DNA from: a virus
Strand: one strand, 5' to 3'
IMG/VR virus record: IMGVR_UViG_3300010885_015247
Location: 16,837-80,836 of that record
DNA length: 64,000 nucleotides
This document shows positions 33,913 through 44,100 of this stretch, piece after piece; the first letter of the stretch is position 1, and every line of letters begins with the position of its first letter. The translations under genes and the position numbers were made by a program. The notes under the pieces are model-generated. The model was not told where the DNA came from. It did no database searches and was given only the letters and a program-made list of their open reading frames with translations.

Positions 33913-34374
33913 TTATTTTTCTAGCGGGGAATCTAGTAAATCGCCAAAAGGCTTTACTAGATTTACATTAGGTTCCATCGCTGGGACGTAAGATTTTGTT
34001 GGTCCTTTTAGTGGATCTTCTGGCTCACTAGAGTCAAAAGGAACTAGAGGATCGCCAATATCTGTTCCATCAGCACTGATGTTCGAGTAGTCTGGTTTAG
34101 AATCGTTTCCAAACTTATACTCTCTATCGTAGAAATTTTTATAGATTGTTTTTCTAATTTTTGACTTGGCTTCAACTTGTTCAGATGCGGAGAAGTTGTA
34201 GTCTTCTTCCATGTAGTAGTGCAATACATCTAACATGTCAGACATCTCCATTTCTGCTAGTCGTAATCCTTGAGTCAAAGCCTTGCCATTTACATATGGC
34301 CAGAGGTCTATTGACCACTCACAGATTGCTCTGGCCCCGATATGGGACGGCCTGAGTACTGTTCTACTAGCCAT
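33913..34374 (-). CDS. Tail assembly chaperone, downstream (GT-like) frame; true start uncertain
   Basis: Overlaps the upstream chaperone in the -1 frame and directly precedes the tape measure. Confidence 0.6.
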   Translation of the reverse strand: MASRTVLRPSHIGARAICEWSIDLWPYVNGKALTQGLRLAEMEMSDMLDVLHYYMEEDYNFSASEQVEAKSKIRKTIYKNFYDREYKFGNDSKPDYSNISADGTDIGDPLVPFDSSEPEDPLKGPTKSYVPAMEPNVNLVKPFGDLLDSPLEK

Positions 34375-34658
34375 CCAGCAATCTCTGCAAGAGACTCTAC
34401 AGAAACAATCTTGTCTGGGTCGTCAAGAAGTTTTTGAAAGCGGTCATAGCTTTCTTCTTGTAGTGCCCTTGCAAAAAATGTATTGATAGCCGAAGCCGCA
34501 TCTCCTGCCTTTTCTCCAGAACTTAAAGCTGCCATTTCAAGAATAGCTTTACCTTGAAGAGCTGTACGGCACTCGAAATCCTCGCCATAAAGTTTAAATG
34601 AGACTGGCTCGGTGGTTACTAAGCCACCAGTACCAAAATCTTTAAATCGTGTTGTCAT
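34308..34658 (-). CDS. Tail assembly chaperone (G-like)
   Basis: Position upstream of the tape measure; ends WLVEQYSGRP..., typical of actinophage chaperones. Confidence 0.7.
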   Translation of the reverse strand: MTTRFKDFGTGGLVTTEPVSFKLYGEDFECRTALQGKAILEMAALSSGEKAGDAASAINTFFARALQEESYDRFQKLLDDPDKIVSVESLAEIAGWLVEQYSGRPISGPEQSVSGQ

Positions 34659-34693
34659 GTATTATTTCCTATTCTGTCGTTGTTATTGCTGTA

Positions 34694-35086
34694 TTATTTT
34701 ATCACTTTACTTAGTTGGTCAGAAAGATATCTATTAGCTCTAGTACCTTTTTGAACAACCTTTTGGGCATAAACTACTTGCCCTTTAGAGACAAACCTAA
34801 GAGCTTTTGCTCTTTTAGGTACAATCACCTGAGGACCTCTTCCTTGGTGATGTACTAATGCATACCTCACGTCAGAACCGATCCACATTTGTTGCCCTCT
34901 AGGGTCTCTAAAATGTCTTTTATGTGCAATGGAAGCTTTTAATCTTCCCGTTCTAACACCTACCTGTGCCTTTGCTAAACTGATGATTGCATCGCCTTTA
35001 ACTCTTAAATATCTTCCGACATCACCATCAGGATCGTATAAAAGATTGTTAATTGCTGGTTTAAACCATTGAATTTTTACAGCCAT
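34694..35086 (-). CDS. HK97 gp10-like head-tail/tail completion protein
   Basis: VGVRTGRLKASI...YALVHHQG...GTRANRYL. Confidence 0.75.
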   Translation of the reverse strand: MAVKIQWFKPAINNLLYDPDGDVGRYLRVKGDAIISLAKAQVGVRTGRLKASIAHKRHFRDPRGQQMWIGSDVRYALVHHQGRGPQVIVPKRAKALRFVSKGQVVYAQKVVQKGTRANRYLSDQLSKVIK

Positions 35087-35595
35087 TATGGAACCGCAAC
35101 AGTTATAGTCATTGTAACTGTTTGAAAACCGCCTTCAGGAGCACCTGTCTCAACTGTGGCAATCACTCCTAAACCAAAAGAACCACCTGTTGCCCATTGG
35201 TCTAAAGCCCGTGAACTATCAAGAAGAATCCATGCATCATATGCAGAGATTTCTGAGAAAGCTTGAATATCATCTGCTGCTGGAGCTTTACCATTTATAG
35301 AGACAGTAGGAACTTCTCTAGATACAGAAACAATTAAAGTCGCACTGCGTGGATCATTACAACGACGAGGCTCTGTTGCTTCATCTCCTGGAGAGCCGAT
35401 ATACATCTGTAGCATTGAAACTACAACCTGCTCGCAATCCACTGAAGGCTCGCCAAGAGTCCAATATCTACGACCCGGTAGTGGCATTGTGTATGATGCG
35501 TATGTGCTAATAACGGAGTCAAGAACTCCTTGCATAAGTGCAGCTAAATTTTTAGCTCCCTCATCCACAGTTGCCGTATTAATAAGTGTAGCCAT
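35086..35595 (-). CDS. Putative tail terminator
   Basis: Size and position; ends PEGGFQTVTMTITV. Confidence 0.55.
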   Translation of the reverse strand: MATLINTATVDEGAKNLAALMQGVLDSVISTYASYTMPLPGRRYWTLGEPSVDCEQVVVSMLQMYIGSPGDEATEPRRCNDPRSATLIVSVSREVPTVSINGKAPAADDIQAFSEISAYDAWILLDSSRALDQWATGGSFGLGVIATVETGAPEGGFQTVTMTITVAVP

Positions 35596-35623
35596 AGTGT
35601 CCTCTTGTCTTTAGGTTGTCGTA

Positions 35624-36757
35624 TTACACAGTATAGATTGGAATTGTTCTTTCCCCCAGTTGAACGATTACGTTACTGGAGACTAAGTGAACAACTTCAT
35701 TGACTGCTGCGTTTCCAAGACTTGGTCTAACTGCGTAAAGGTCCAAAACTCCTGGATCGCGAGGACCTATAATAGAATTAATCTGTGTAAATGTAGCGCT
35801 TACTCTAATTGTATTTTCTGTACGATCAATAACAGCAGCGTTAGGGATTTCAGTAGTTGTGTTGTTATTGATATCTGAAACATTAGTCAAGATTGTCCAA
35901 GCGTTATCTCCATCAAGGAACTCGGATGCAATCTCTGAGAAATAATAAATATTAGATGTTCCCTCTGCACCAACATAAAGATCGTTTGCGCTAAGAGGAT
36001 AAAGAGGTGATGCGCCAGTAATACGGCGAGCACGAGGAATATCTGGAGAGAAGACACGAGAACGAGCACGAGCCTTATCTGGATTAGCAGTTTTGAGGAA
36101 TAAATCGATGGCATAGATGCCAGTGCGAAGTTCATCAATAAAGTCTTGACTATCAAGAAGAGTGTATGAGACTCCTTGACGAGAGATAGATGTTACACGT
36201 TGTGGTAAAGCGCAGGTATCGTCACCTTCATATAGTTTTACTAGCTCTGTAGCTAAAACACGAGCAGCGGCTCTCCCAGCTGTTGGTGGAGGGCTTCCAT
36301 AGGTGTATGTAACCTCAACACGAGATGAGAACCAGTTGGCTCCTGCAACTCCAATAAGAGTTGAATGATCTGCAAGATAATACTTGCTTGGGTCAATAAT
36401 TTCGCCATCTAAGTTTCTAACGGTGTGAATCTTTACAACCTTACGACCACGCAGTCTTAGGCGAGATGAAGATGTTGTTCCATCTCCTTGATAATCTTTA
36501 TCGTATCCAAACCCTACATATGGAACGTTTTCTACATTTCCATCAACAAGCACTGGAGCGTAATTAAAGTCTGAACCAGCGGTTCTTAAGTACGGGTCAA
36601 ATGAAGATACATAACGCTCTGTGACAGTTGTAATCCCTGAAAATTTACGGCCAGACATTCCCCATAAAAGATAAGAAGCAGTCTTTGCAGCATCATAGGC
36701 ATAGTCAGACCCAGCATGTTCGCCAAGCTCTTCTGGTGTTACCCATAGATTGCTCAT
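35624..36757 (-). CDS. Head-to-tail adaptor with C-terminal extension
   Basis: ASYLLWGMSGRKF; VTYTYGSPPP; CALPQRVTSISRQGVS; TGIYAIDLFL. Confidence 0.7.
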   Translation of the reverse strand: MSNLWVTPEELGEHAGSDYAYDAAKTASYLLWGMSGRKFSGITTVTERYVSSFDPYLRTAGSDFNYAPVLVDGNVENVPYVGFGYDKDYQGDGTTSSSRLRLRGRKVVKIHTVRNLDGEIIDPSKYYLADHSTLIGVAGANWFSSRVEVTYTYGSPPPTAGRAAARVLATELVKLYEGDDTCALPQRVTSISRQGVSYTLLDSQDFIDELRTGIYAIDLFLKTANPDKARARSRVFSPDIPRARRITGASPLYPLSANDLYVGAEGTSNIYYFSEIASEFLDGDNAWTILTNVSDINNNTTTEIPNAAVIDRTENTIRVSATFTQINSIIGPRDPGVLDLYAVRPSLGNAAVNEVVHLVSSNVIVQLGERTIPIYTV

Positions 36758-36779
36758 ACTTCTCTCCCGTCTCTAATAG

Positions 36780-36828
36780 AAAAAGCGGGCAACGTTTCAA
36801 CGGTATATACCATCGGTACGCTGCCCGC
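36780..36828 (-). terminator. Intrinsic terminator after the major tail gene
   Basis: Minus strand GCGGGCAGCGU...ACGUUGCCCGC followed by UUUUU. Confidence 0.75.
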
Positions 36829-36843
36829 CTCCTATTTATTGAA

Positions 36844-37890
36844 TTACGCTGTTGGATCCTCAGCGGATGCGATAATGAAGTCAATTGCATTATCTGCGTT
36901 GTAATCTGAGTTTCCTGGTACGTTGTACGCAGTTGTTGATCCTTGTGATGTAAAGTCTGTAACCGCTAGGTATCCACGGTTACGAAGTACTGTACCTGTT
37001 GGTGAGACTGCTGCAGATGCAACATCTGTTGCTGTCTTTGCATAACGGAATGTTGTTGTTGTTGGAACTGCAGTAATTGTGTAAGTACCGTTGAAGGTGC
37101 TATCCACGCCAGCTACAGTTACGCTCTGACCAGCTAGGAAGCCGTGGGCTGTTCCAGTTGTCAAAGTAGCAACATTTGATGTTAGAGACTTATTTGAGAC
37201 TGTGTTAGTTGCTTCATCAAACCAGCGGTAGAAGCCCTTAAGACCTGTTGGCGCCCATGATGCACGAGCATATGAGTATGAACGCTCAGATGCTACTGGG
37301 AACTCCCAGCGGCCATCTAGACCTTGACCGAATGCAACGTTTCCAAGGCCATAGCCTTCGAATGTTGTAGCAAGCATACCGTTTTCAATTACACGGTCGC
37401 CTGATTGACGTAGCTTGACGTATGGGAAAACCCAGTGGAAGTATGGATTTGATGCTGCACGACGTCCGTCTGCAACAGCAAATGACCAAACTTCTAATGC
37501 CACGCCATTACCTGTTGGGTCATCGCCAACAGATGGTGCAGCCCAACCAACAGACTTATTGTTTGGTGATGCGAAAGAACCGAAGTTCTTACGAAGCAAC
37601 AAACCGCCTGAGATTAGTTGTGAAAGTTCTGTATCTGGTTCGCAAATTGCGAGTTCCATTGTGATGCGCTTAAGAGTGTCAGGGGCTTTGTATGACACGC
37701 ATACAGTGCCGTCAGCTGACTTCTCTACAATTTCGTCACCCTCTTCGTATTCAGGTGTAAAAGATGTGCGGAGGAACGCCGAAGTTGTGTAGCTGTCCCC
37801 TGCTCCATTGAGCAAGTTGCCAGCGGCGTCCAGTCTGGTGACTCGGATCGACACACCTTGGACGCTAGCCGCGTATTCTTGAGTGGCCAT
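36844..37890 (-). CDS. Major tail protein with one C-terminal beta repeat domain
   Basis: IRVTRLDAAG...YEEGDEI..KSADG.VC...YFHWVFP resembles actinophage major tail proteins; strong SD AAGGAG and a downstream terminator. Confidence 0.8.
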   Translation of the reverse strand: MATQEYAASVQGVSIRVTRLDAAGNLLNGAGDSYTTSAFLRTSFTPEYEEGDEIVEKSADGTVCVSYKAPDTLKRITMELAICEPDTELSQLISGGLLLRKNFGSFASPNNKSVGWAAPSVGDDPTGNGVALEVWSFAVADGRRAASNPYFHWVFPYVKLRQSGDRVIENGMLATTFEGYGLGNVAFGQGLDGRWEFPVASERSYSYARASWAPTGLKGFYRWFDEATNTVSNKSLTSNVATLTTGTAHGFLAGQSVTVAGVDSTFNGTYTITAVPTTTTFRYAKTATDVASAAVSPTGTVLRNRGYLAVTDFTSQGSTTAYNVPGNSDYNADNAIDFIIASAEDPTA

Positions 37891-37918
37891 TCCAGTGTTC
37901 TCCTTCTATTGTTTTTGC

Positions 37919-38800
37919 TTAGGTGGTTGGTAGTGCTAGTCGTACTGTGTAATGAATCGATGGATCAAAGTATACCGCAGCTGCACGAACGGCTTTAACC
38001 GTAAGGGTATTAGTGTTAGTGCTTACTGTGAGTCCTTGTCCAAGGTTTTCGTTTACAACTTCAGGCTTGCTTAGATGTACGTCAACAGGTCCAGTTGCAA
38101 ACATCCACTTATTTGAAGCAGACGCTGTGGTGTTGGAATCGCTAATGCGACCAGCACCTGTGTAACCAGAACCAATAACTACCTCTGTACCTAAACGAGT
38201 CATAGCCTTGCCTGTTTTTCCGCCATCTGCTGGTGAGTAGATGAGGCGTGATCCAAGGATCGACGCAACATCACGAGTCATATGGATGACTCCATTTGTA
38301 CCTGCAGGTGAGCTAGAAATCGCTTGTTCCAACAGCATTAACGCTGTTGCTGGAGCCAGTGCACCGCTATTTACTACGGTTGCTGCTGACGCTTCTCTTA
38401 AAAAATCATTCCCGTTTGTTTCAGCTAGTGCTGCTACGCCTTCCCAAAGTTCGAGCTCTAGTGCCTTCTGTGATGCTACTTCTAACTGCTTAATAGCAAG
38501 TTTAAAGCGATCTTCTCCAGTTAGACCAAGTGTAGAACGTGTGTCTGTTACTTGAATAAAAAATGGATCATATTCTTTGAATTGAGGAAGAGTTGAAGTT
38601 CCAGTAACTCCACCAGTTACTACTGCATCATTTACTGTAAAAACTTCTACTTCTGGTTGAGAATCAAATTCGTAGCTAAAGCCACGAACCCAACGCTCGT
38701 CATACTCTGCGCCGCCGTGAGTCATTACACGAGCGACACTCAGAAGCCCACAAGGGGCAGGGGTCAGATCTGGAGCTGAGTAGATTCCTCTAAACGCCAT
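37919..38800 (-). CDS. Second capsid protein (putative pentamer-type, as in cluster-B-like actinophages)
   Basis: Directly after the major capsid gene; GLLSVA...RW..G...GVIHM...TRLGT.VV.G.GY...WMFATG.V motifs. Confidence 0.6.
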   Translation of the reverse strand: MAFRGIYSAPDLTPAPCGLLSVARVMTHGGAEYDERWVRGFSYEFDSQPEVEVFTVNDAVVTGGVTGTSTLPQFKEYDPFFIQVTDTRSTLGLTGEDRFKLAIKQLEVASQKALELELWEGVAALAETNGNDFLREASAATVVNSGALAPATALMLLEQAISSSPAGTNGVIHMTRDVASILGSRLIYSPADGGKTGKAMTRLGTEVVIGSGYTGAGRISDSNTTASASNKWMFATGPVDVHLSKPEVVNENLGQGLTVSTNTNTLTVKAVRAAAVYFDPSIHYTVRLALPTT

Positions 38801-38869
38801 TTTTCTTTTCCTTCTTTCTTCTGAGTGTCGACTCGGGTAATTAACTACTAAGGATTATCTGGGTACGGT

Positions 38870-40963
38870 TTAGTACTCGATAGCCGCTGCTGATGCGCCA
38901 CCTGTTGTGTCACGGAGAGCTGCTGCTACACCGTTCACTGAGATGGTTGATGTGACCTTGAGTGACTCAACGCCAACCTTTGCAACACCTTCGAAGGTTT
39001 CAACGAACATCTTGTAGTCGTTTGTACCAACGAGGGTAGAATCGCGGATAACACCGAGATCCAATGTACCGCCATCTAGGAACAAGAATGTTCCTTCAGC
39101 GAAGATGTACCAAACAAATGTATCAGGGAACTCGTTAAGAGCACCTGCACTTGCTGCAGTTGCGAAGTCATCAATGTGGTAAGTGATATTGATGCTACGA
39201 GCTGCAAGATATCCATCAATCTCTGCATATGCATTGAGAGTTGAATCTCCTGGCATTGCGATAGCTAGATCTGCTGCCATTGCATCCTTGATCCAGAATG
39301 GAGCAAGTACGCGAAGTGGAGCATCTGCACCTAGGCGATGACGACCACGGTAGTTGGCTGCTGCGCGACCTAGTTGTACTAGGAAGTCACGAGCTACACC
39401 AATTAGTGATGTTGAAGTCATTGCTGTTGATAGTGTGCTTAGGCGAGATAGAATTTGCTCTTCTGCCTCACGAGCGTGCTGAATTAGACCAAGCTCATTG
39501 TGACGAGCGATCAATTCTGGGTATGCACGAGACATCAAGTTACCGAACTGTAGCTGTAGTGTTACAGCATCAGTAGCAACTGTGTTCTCTGATGCAGCAG
39601 TAACTGTCAAGCTTAGCTTTGAAGCTGGGCTTGGTGTTTCAGCTGAATCGTTTGCTGCAGTCCATACACCAACAGCCGAAGCATATGATGAAAGAACTGG
39701 TGGGGTTACGAAGCGGATACCACCACGATCAGCTTGGAACTTAGGTAGAGCGTCGCGTAGTGGACGATCTGTTGTTCCTAGACCGAAGATGTCGTACTTA
39801 ACTTCGAATGGTGCTGAGTGGCCGCCTGAAGCAACAAGTGCTTCTGGACCAGTTACAGCTTGAACTTTTGCCCAGTTTGATTCTGCGTCCTGTGTAAGAA
39901 CGCGAGCTTCTGGGTAATTTGTGGTGATAGAAGCAACAATGTGTTGTTCTCCATCTCCACCGTTAACACGACGAAGAGCGTGTAGACGCTTCTCCATCGC
40001 TACTGAAACATCGGACATTGAGTCCATTGAGCTTCCAGCCGTATATCCAGGAATGTCTGCGCCCGCTGTGATTGCCACAGCTGCGGCAGAAGTCTCTGTG
40101 ATAGGACGACGATCGGCCGGGACCTCAATGTTGAGGTTATCTGCGCTTGCAGTCACGGGTGCCTCCATACTTTCTTGAGTCATTGACTCGGTTGGGATTG
40201 CTTCTGGGGTTACTACTGAAGCTTCTGCACCATCAGCAACATCAGCTGCTGCATCTGCAACATCAGAAGCTACTGCTTCATCTGCTACAACTGCTTCTGC
40301 TGGTGCTTCTTCTGATACTGGGGCTTCTGCTGCTGCTGCTGCATCTGCAACAACTTCAGCTGCTACTGCTGCTTCTGGCTCGGAACCATCTGCAACAACA
40401 GCTTCCTCGGCTACGGCTGCAGCTTCGGTAAGATTTGATTCTGTTGAGAACTCTGCGGTCTTATCCGCTTCGGTTGACGCTTCAGACATTTTTTCCTCTT
40501 CCTTTTTCTTTTCCTCGTCCATCGCTTCGGATGGTGCTTCTTCTTCTGCTGGCATTTCTTCTGCTACAGGAGCTTCGGCTGCAGGAACTTCCTCAGAAGG
40601 TGCATCTGCTGGCTTCTCTTCTTCAACTGGCATCTCTGCCATTGCTTCAGTTTCTGCTGGCATTTCTTCCTTCTTATCTTCGGAATCGGCTTCCTTGTCT
40701 TTCTCGCCGTCTTCACCGTATACGCGAGAAGCTGCCTCAGCTGCTCGTTGTGCGAGCTCCTGTGCTGCTGCCTCACGGCGCTTGAATTCACCGCGAACGG
40801 TGTCAAGCATGTCGGCTAATGACGACATTGCGTCAACTGTCTGGGGAGTTGGATCTTCCTTCTCAACGGACTCAAATTCCTTGATGATCTGGTTTTGCAG
40901 GTCGGTAACTTGATCGCTATCGAGATCTGCTAACTGGTCCATCATGTCTTTGATTTGGTCCAT
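38870..40963 (-). CDS. Major capsid protein with long acidic N-terminal scaffold region
   Basis: Glu/Ala-rich N-half; ALVASGGHSAP...RPLRDALPKFQADRGG; EGTFLFLDGGTLDLGVIRDSTL..NDY..FVETFEG; strong SD and biased codons. Confidence 0.85.
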   Translation of the reverse strand: MDQIKDMMDQLADLDSDQVTDLQNQIIKEFESVEKEDPTPQTVDAMSSLADMLDTVRGEFKRREAAAQELAQRAAEAASRVYGEDGEKDKEADSEDKKEEMPAETEAMAEMPVEEEKPADAPSEEVPAAEAPVAEEMPAEEEAPSEAMDEEKKKEEEKMSEASTEADKTAEFSTESNLTEAAAVAEEAVVADGSEPEAAVAAEVVADAAAAAEAPVSEEAPAEAVVADEAVASDVADAAADVADGAEASVVTPEAIPTESMTQESMEAPVTASADNLNIEVPADRRPITETSAAAVAITAGADIPGYTAGSSMDSMSDVSVAMEKRLHALRRVNGGDGEQHIVASITTNYPEARVLTQDAESNWAKVQAVTGPEALVASGGHSAPFEVKYDIFGLGTTDRPLRDALPKFQADRGGIRFVTPPVLSSYASAVGVWTAANDSAETPSPASKLSLTVTAASENTVATDAVTLQLQFGNLMSRAYPELIARHNELGLIQHAREAEEQILSRLSTLSTAMTSTSLIGVARDFLVQLGRAAANYRGRHRLGADAPLRVLAPFWIKDAMAADLAIAMPGDSTLNAYAEIDGYLAARSINITYHIDDFATAASAGALNEFPDTFVWYIFAEGTFLFLDGGTLDLGVIRDSTLVGTNDYKMFVETFEGVAKVGVESLKVTSTISVNGVAAALRDTTGGASAAAIEY

Positions 40964-41085
40964 TACTGTCCCTCCTCTGGGTCAGTTGCGACAGGTATGA
41001 ATAACCTGTCTCGCTTATCAGTCAAAGGCCGAGGGACTCGCAGACGCATTAGATGCGTGGAGGCACTCCACCTAGTTATATATTA
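40964..41085 (-). promoter_or_regulatory. Promoter and structured 5' leader of the major capsid gene
   Basis: TANNNT boxes at about 41085-41075; three hairpins; GUCCCUC (41037-41031) is complementary to GAGGGAC over the RBS (40974-40968). Confidence 0.55.
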
Positions 41086-41126
41086 CATTACTTCTTATTT
41101 AGTTATTTGTACGATTTTTGATCAAC

Positions 41127-44100
41127 TTAGGTAAGTAACCTAAGAAGCTTTGCCATCTGGGATGAGATCTCTGATTGGTTGTAGAGCTCGCTCCCTGAGA
41201 TGAATGTCTTGAGTTCGGCAGTAGCAATATCAGCATCTTCCTTGCCAATCTTTGCTTCTACCTTTTCGATCATATCTGTCATAAGGTCACGAAGAGCAGG
41301 GGGAACATCAGAGAAGCGAATCTTCTGTGCTTCCTCGCCAAAAGCAAACGGTAGGTTAGCAATAACCTTTCCAAGTTCTCCAGCACTATTACGGACGTTC
41401 TCTAAAGATTCAGCATTTAGTGCTCCAGAGTCCAATCGGTCAATAATTCCGATCAAATCTGTAGCTGCTTTGGCTGCTCCAGCGTAATCGCCAGTGCTAT
41501 CAAAGTTCTCTGCTTCCTTAACTTTATCGAGTACATTCTGAAGACCAGAGGTTCCTAGGTCTTGCTTGATACGAGCTAGAACTGTTCTAAATTTTCCTGC
41601 TACGTCACGAGGTTGGGTATCGGCTGTGTACTTAACACGGCCGTCAGCATCTCTCTCTGGAGGAGCTTCGCCATCAGTTACTCTACCCTCTTCACGAGCC
41701 TTGGATTCTGCCTTCAAAGCTTCAACTTCTTCAGGGGTTAGATCAATAATTTCCTCTGTAATTTTCTCTGCAAAAACTGCTTCAGAATTGGTTGCAAAAT
41801 CTGATCCAAGACGAGTTCCATACTCTTCAGTACGAGACTTCATTGAAGCAACGATCTCATCTAGGTTAGAAGCAGCACCCTTCCAGTTCTCTGGAATCAT
41901 CTCTTCTTTGCCAAGGCCAATAGCACGTTTAATAATGTGACGCTTTACCTTGCCACGGCTTCCTGGCTTTGCACGGCCATAAGCCTGAATTGCATTCTTT
42001 AGGTCCCCAGCGTTTCTGATTGGGAATGAACCATCGTTTAGAGCCTTACCTTCTTGGGCTAGGCGTTCACGAACACGGCGAGAAATAACAGTAAGTTCTG
42101 TCTCTGGGTTCTCGTCAAAATTTTGAATCATGTAGTCAATATCTTGATCTACATCTTCTTTTACTTTCTTAATTTTTGCGGCAAGCTCTACTCTTTTAGC
42201 AGCAAGAACTTCCATGCGATTTGTCTCAAAGCGAGCACGGACATCGTTAGCAGATGCAACTAACGCCATCTTCTTATCTCCTTCGAGATCAGAAAGACGA
42301 GCATTAAGCTCTGCAAGTGGGTCATGCTTTAACATTGCAAGAGTGCTTGCACCTGCTGCAACCAAAGCCATTACCTGACCTGATGCAACACGAGCACGAG
42401 CAATAGGGAATCCTGGAACGTTTACTTGACATACAGCAACTAGTTCTAGGGAATTCTTAATTGGGCGCCAGTCACCTGATGGTGCTGATGCACGAAGTGC
42501 ACGGATTTGTTCTGGGGTTGATCCTGGACGAACAGAACCAGCTACCCAAATACCATAAGCATCTTCTCCAGCATGGACATCTGCAATAGCAGATGCTGTA
42601 TCGTCATAGTGACGAACTGCTTCGGAAGCTGATGCTTCTAGCCCAGCGTGTCCCCCCGCAAGAGTTAATTGACCGACAGGAACATCAGTTCCGTTATCAG
42701 TGCGAACTACTCCAGTATGGAAGTAGGCATATTTGCTACGGCTACGAGGAGGCTTAGTTCCCGCTGTCATACCAATATGGTCGACGTGCCATGCAGCAAT
42801 GTGTCCGAATACTCGGCCATCATCATCTACAGTAAGAGGTGTAGGTCCCTTAAGCTGTGGGTCGTTAAACCACTCTGTTGGTGGATTTACTGGAATTGCT
42901 CCAGCAATCATTCCACAAGCAACTAGAGCCGAAGCTTCCAGAGCATTAACTCCCTCGACGTAAACTCCGTCAGGAATATTCACTTCATCCTCCTCAACGC
43001 TTGCAGCATCTGCAAGCTGAATTGTGCACTCTTGGAAAGCAGGTTTAGGCACGATAGTCACAGCCATGACTCGTGCTTTCGTGATAGTAATTTTACCTGC
43101 ATCTACCTTAGTGTCAGATCCGTTTTCATCATCTTTGCGCTCATCGTCGGCTTCAAACTGATCTAGGTCAGCTGACACTCCTCTGATGAAACCTCCACGC
43201 ACTAGGCGCTCGGCTTCCTTACCATATTCTCCAGTATCGAAGTGACCCTTGGCATTTCCAATACCACTATCAATTCTTTCCATACTAGTAATCTGACCAA
43301 CTACGACAGAACCATCATGTCCTTCGCCTGTTTTAATCTGCCATAGAAGAGGTAGAGGAAGTTCTCTCATATCAAGAGCACCCTTTCTCATAATTCTTCC
43401 ATCGCCAGACTCCATACCTTCTGGAATAACAAGAGGGATTAGGAACTCTGCTCCTTGAGATTTTGCTGTCTCGTTTGTCTCGTAGGCACCAGCAGTTAGA
43501 ACTCTAGATCTAGCGTCTGCTGCCTTTGCTCTCAAAACAAAAGTGCTCAGAAGTTCATCATAAGAGTGCATAGTATTCACTGAAAAGTCAGACTTGTTGT
43601 TGTTCTTACGATCTCCTGGCCAGTAGCCATTCATCTCCTTGTGGCGAAGAGCGCAGTAGCCCTTTGCGCGAGGACCCATATATTTAGCAAGTTGCTTATA
43701 GCAGCGAGTCCAATCTCCGGGGGTCTTCCAACGAATCTTGGCTGCACCCTTGCCATAAGTCCAATAACGACGAAGCTTCTCTGCTTGTCCACGGTTACGA
43801 TCTGCACCACCTGCTGCCGTAACTGGTTCTTCTTTTTTATCTGGTTTCTTATTATCAACCTGCTCCAACACATCTACCAAGTTAGTGTCATCAAGGACTA
43901 CTACTGGAGGCGGCGTTGCACTACGAAGATCTAAAAGAATCTGTGGTTCTGCAATCCATTTACCATCTTTACGAGTAAAGGTTGTAGGAGTGGTACTTAC
44001 ATCTGTTGATGGAACCAAAGCAACTAAATCCATAACCGCCTGTGGGTCATCTGGAGAAACAATAGCCATATGAACGATTGGTACATCTGAAGTTTCTGGT

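Noticed and set aside
38831-38864. Hairpin between the two capsid genes
   Set aside because: Pairs (with G-U) only on the non-coding + strand; on the mRNA strand these become C-A mismatches.
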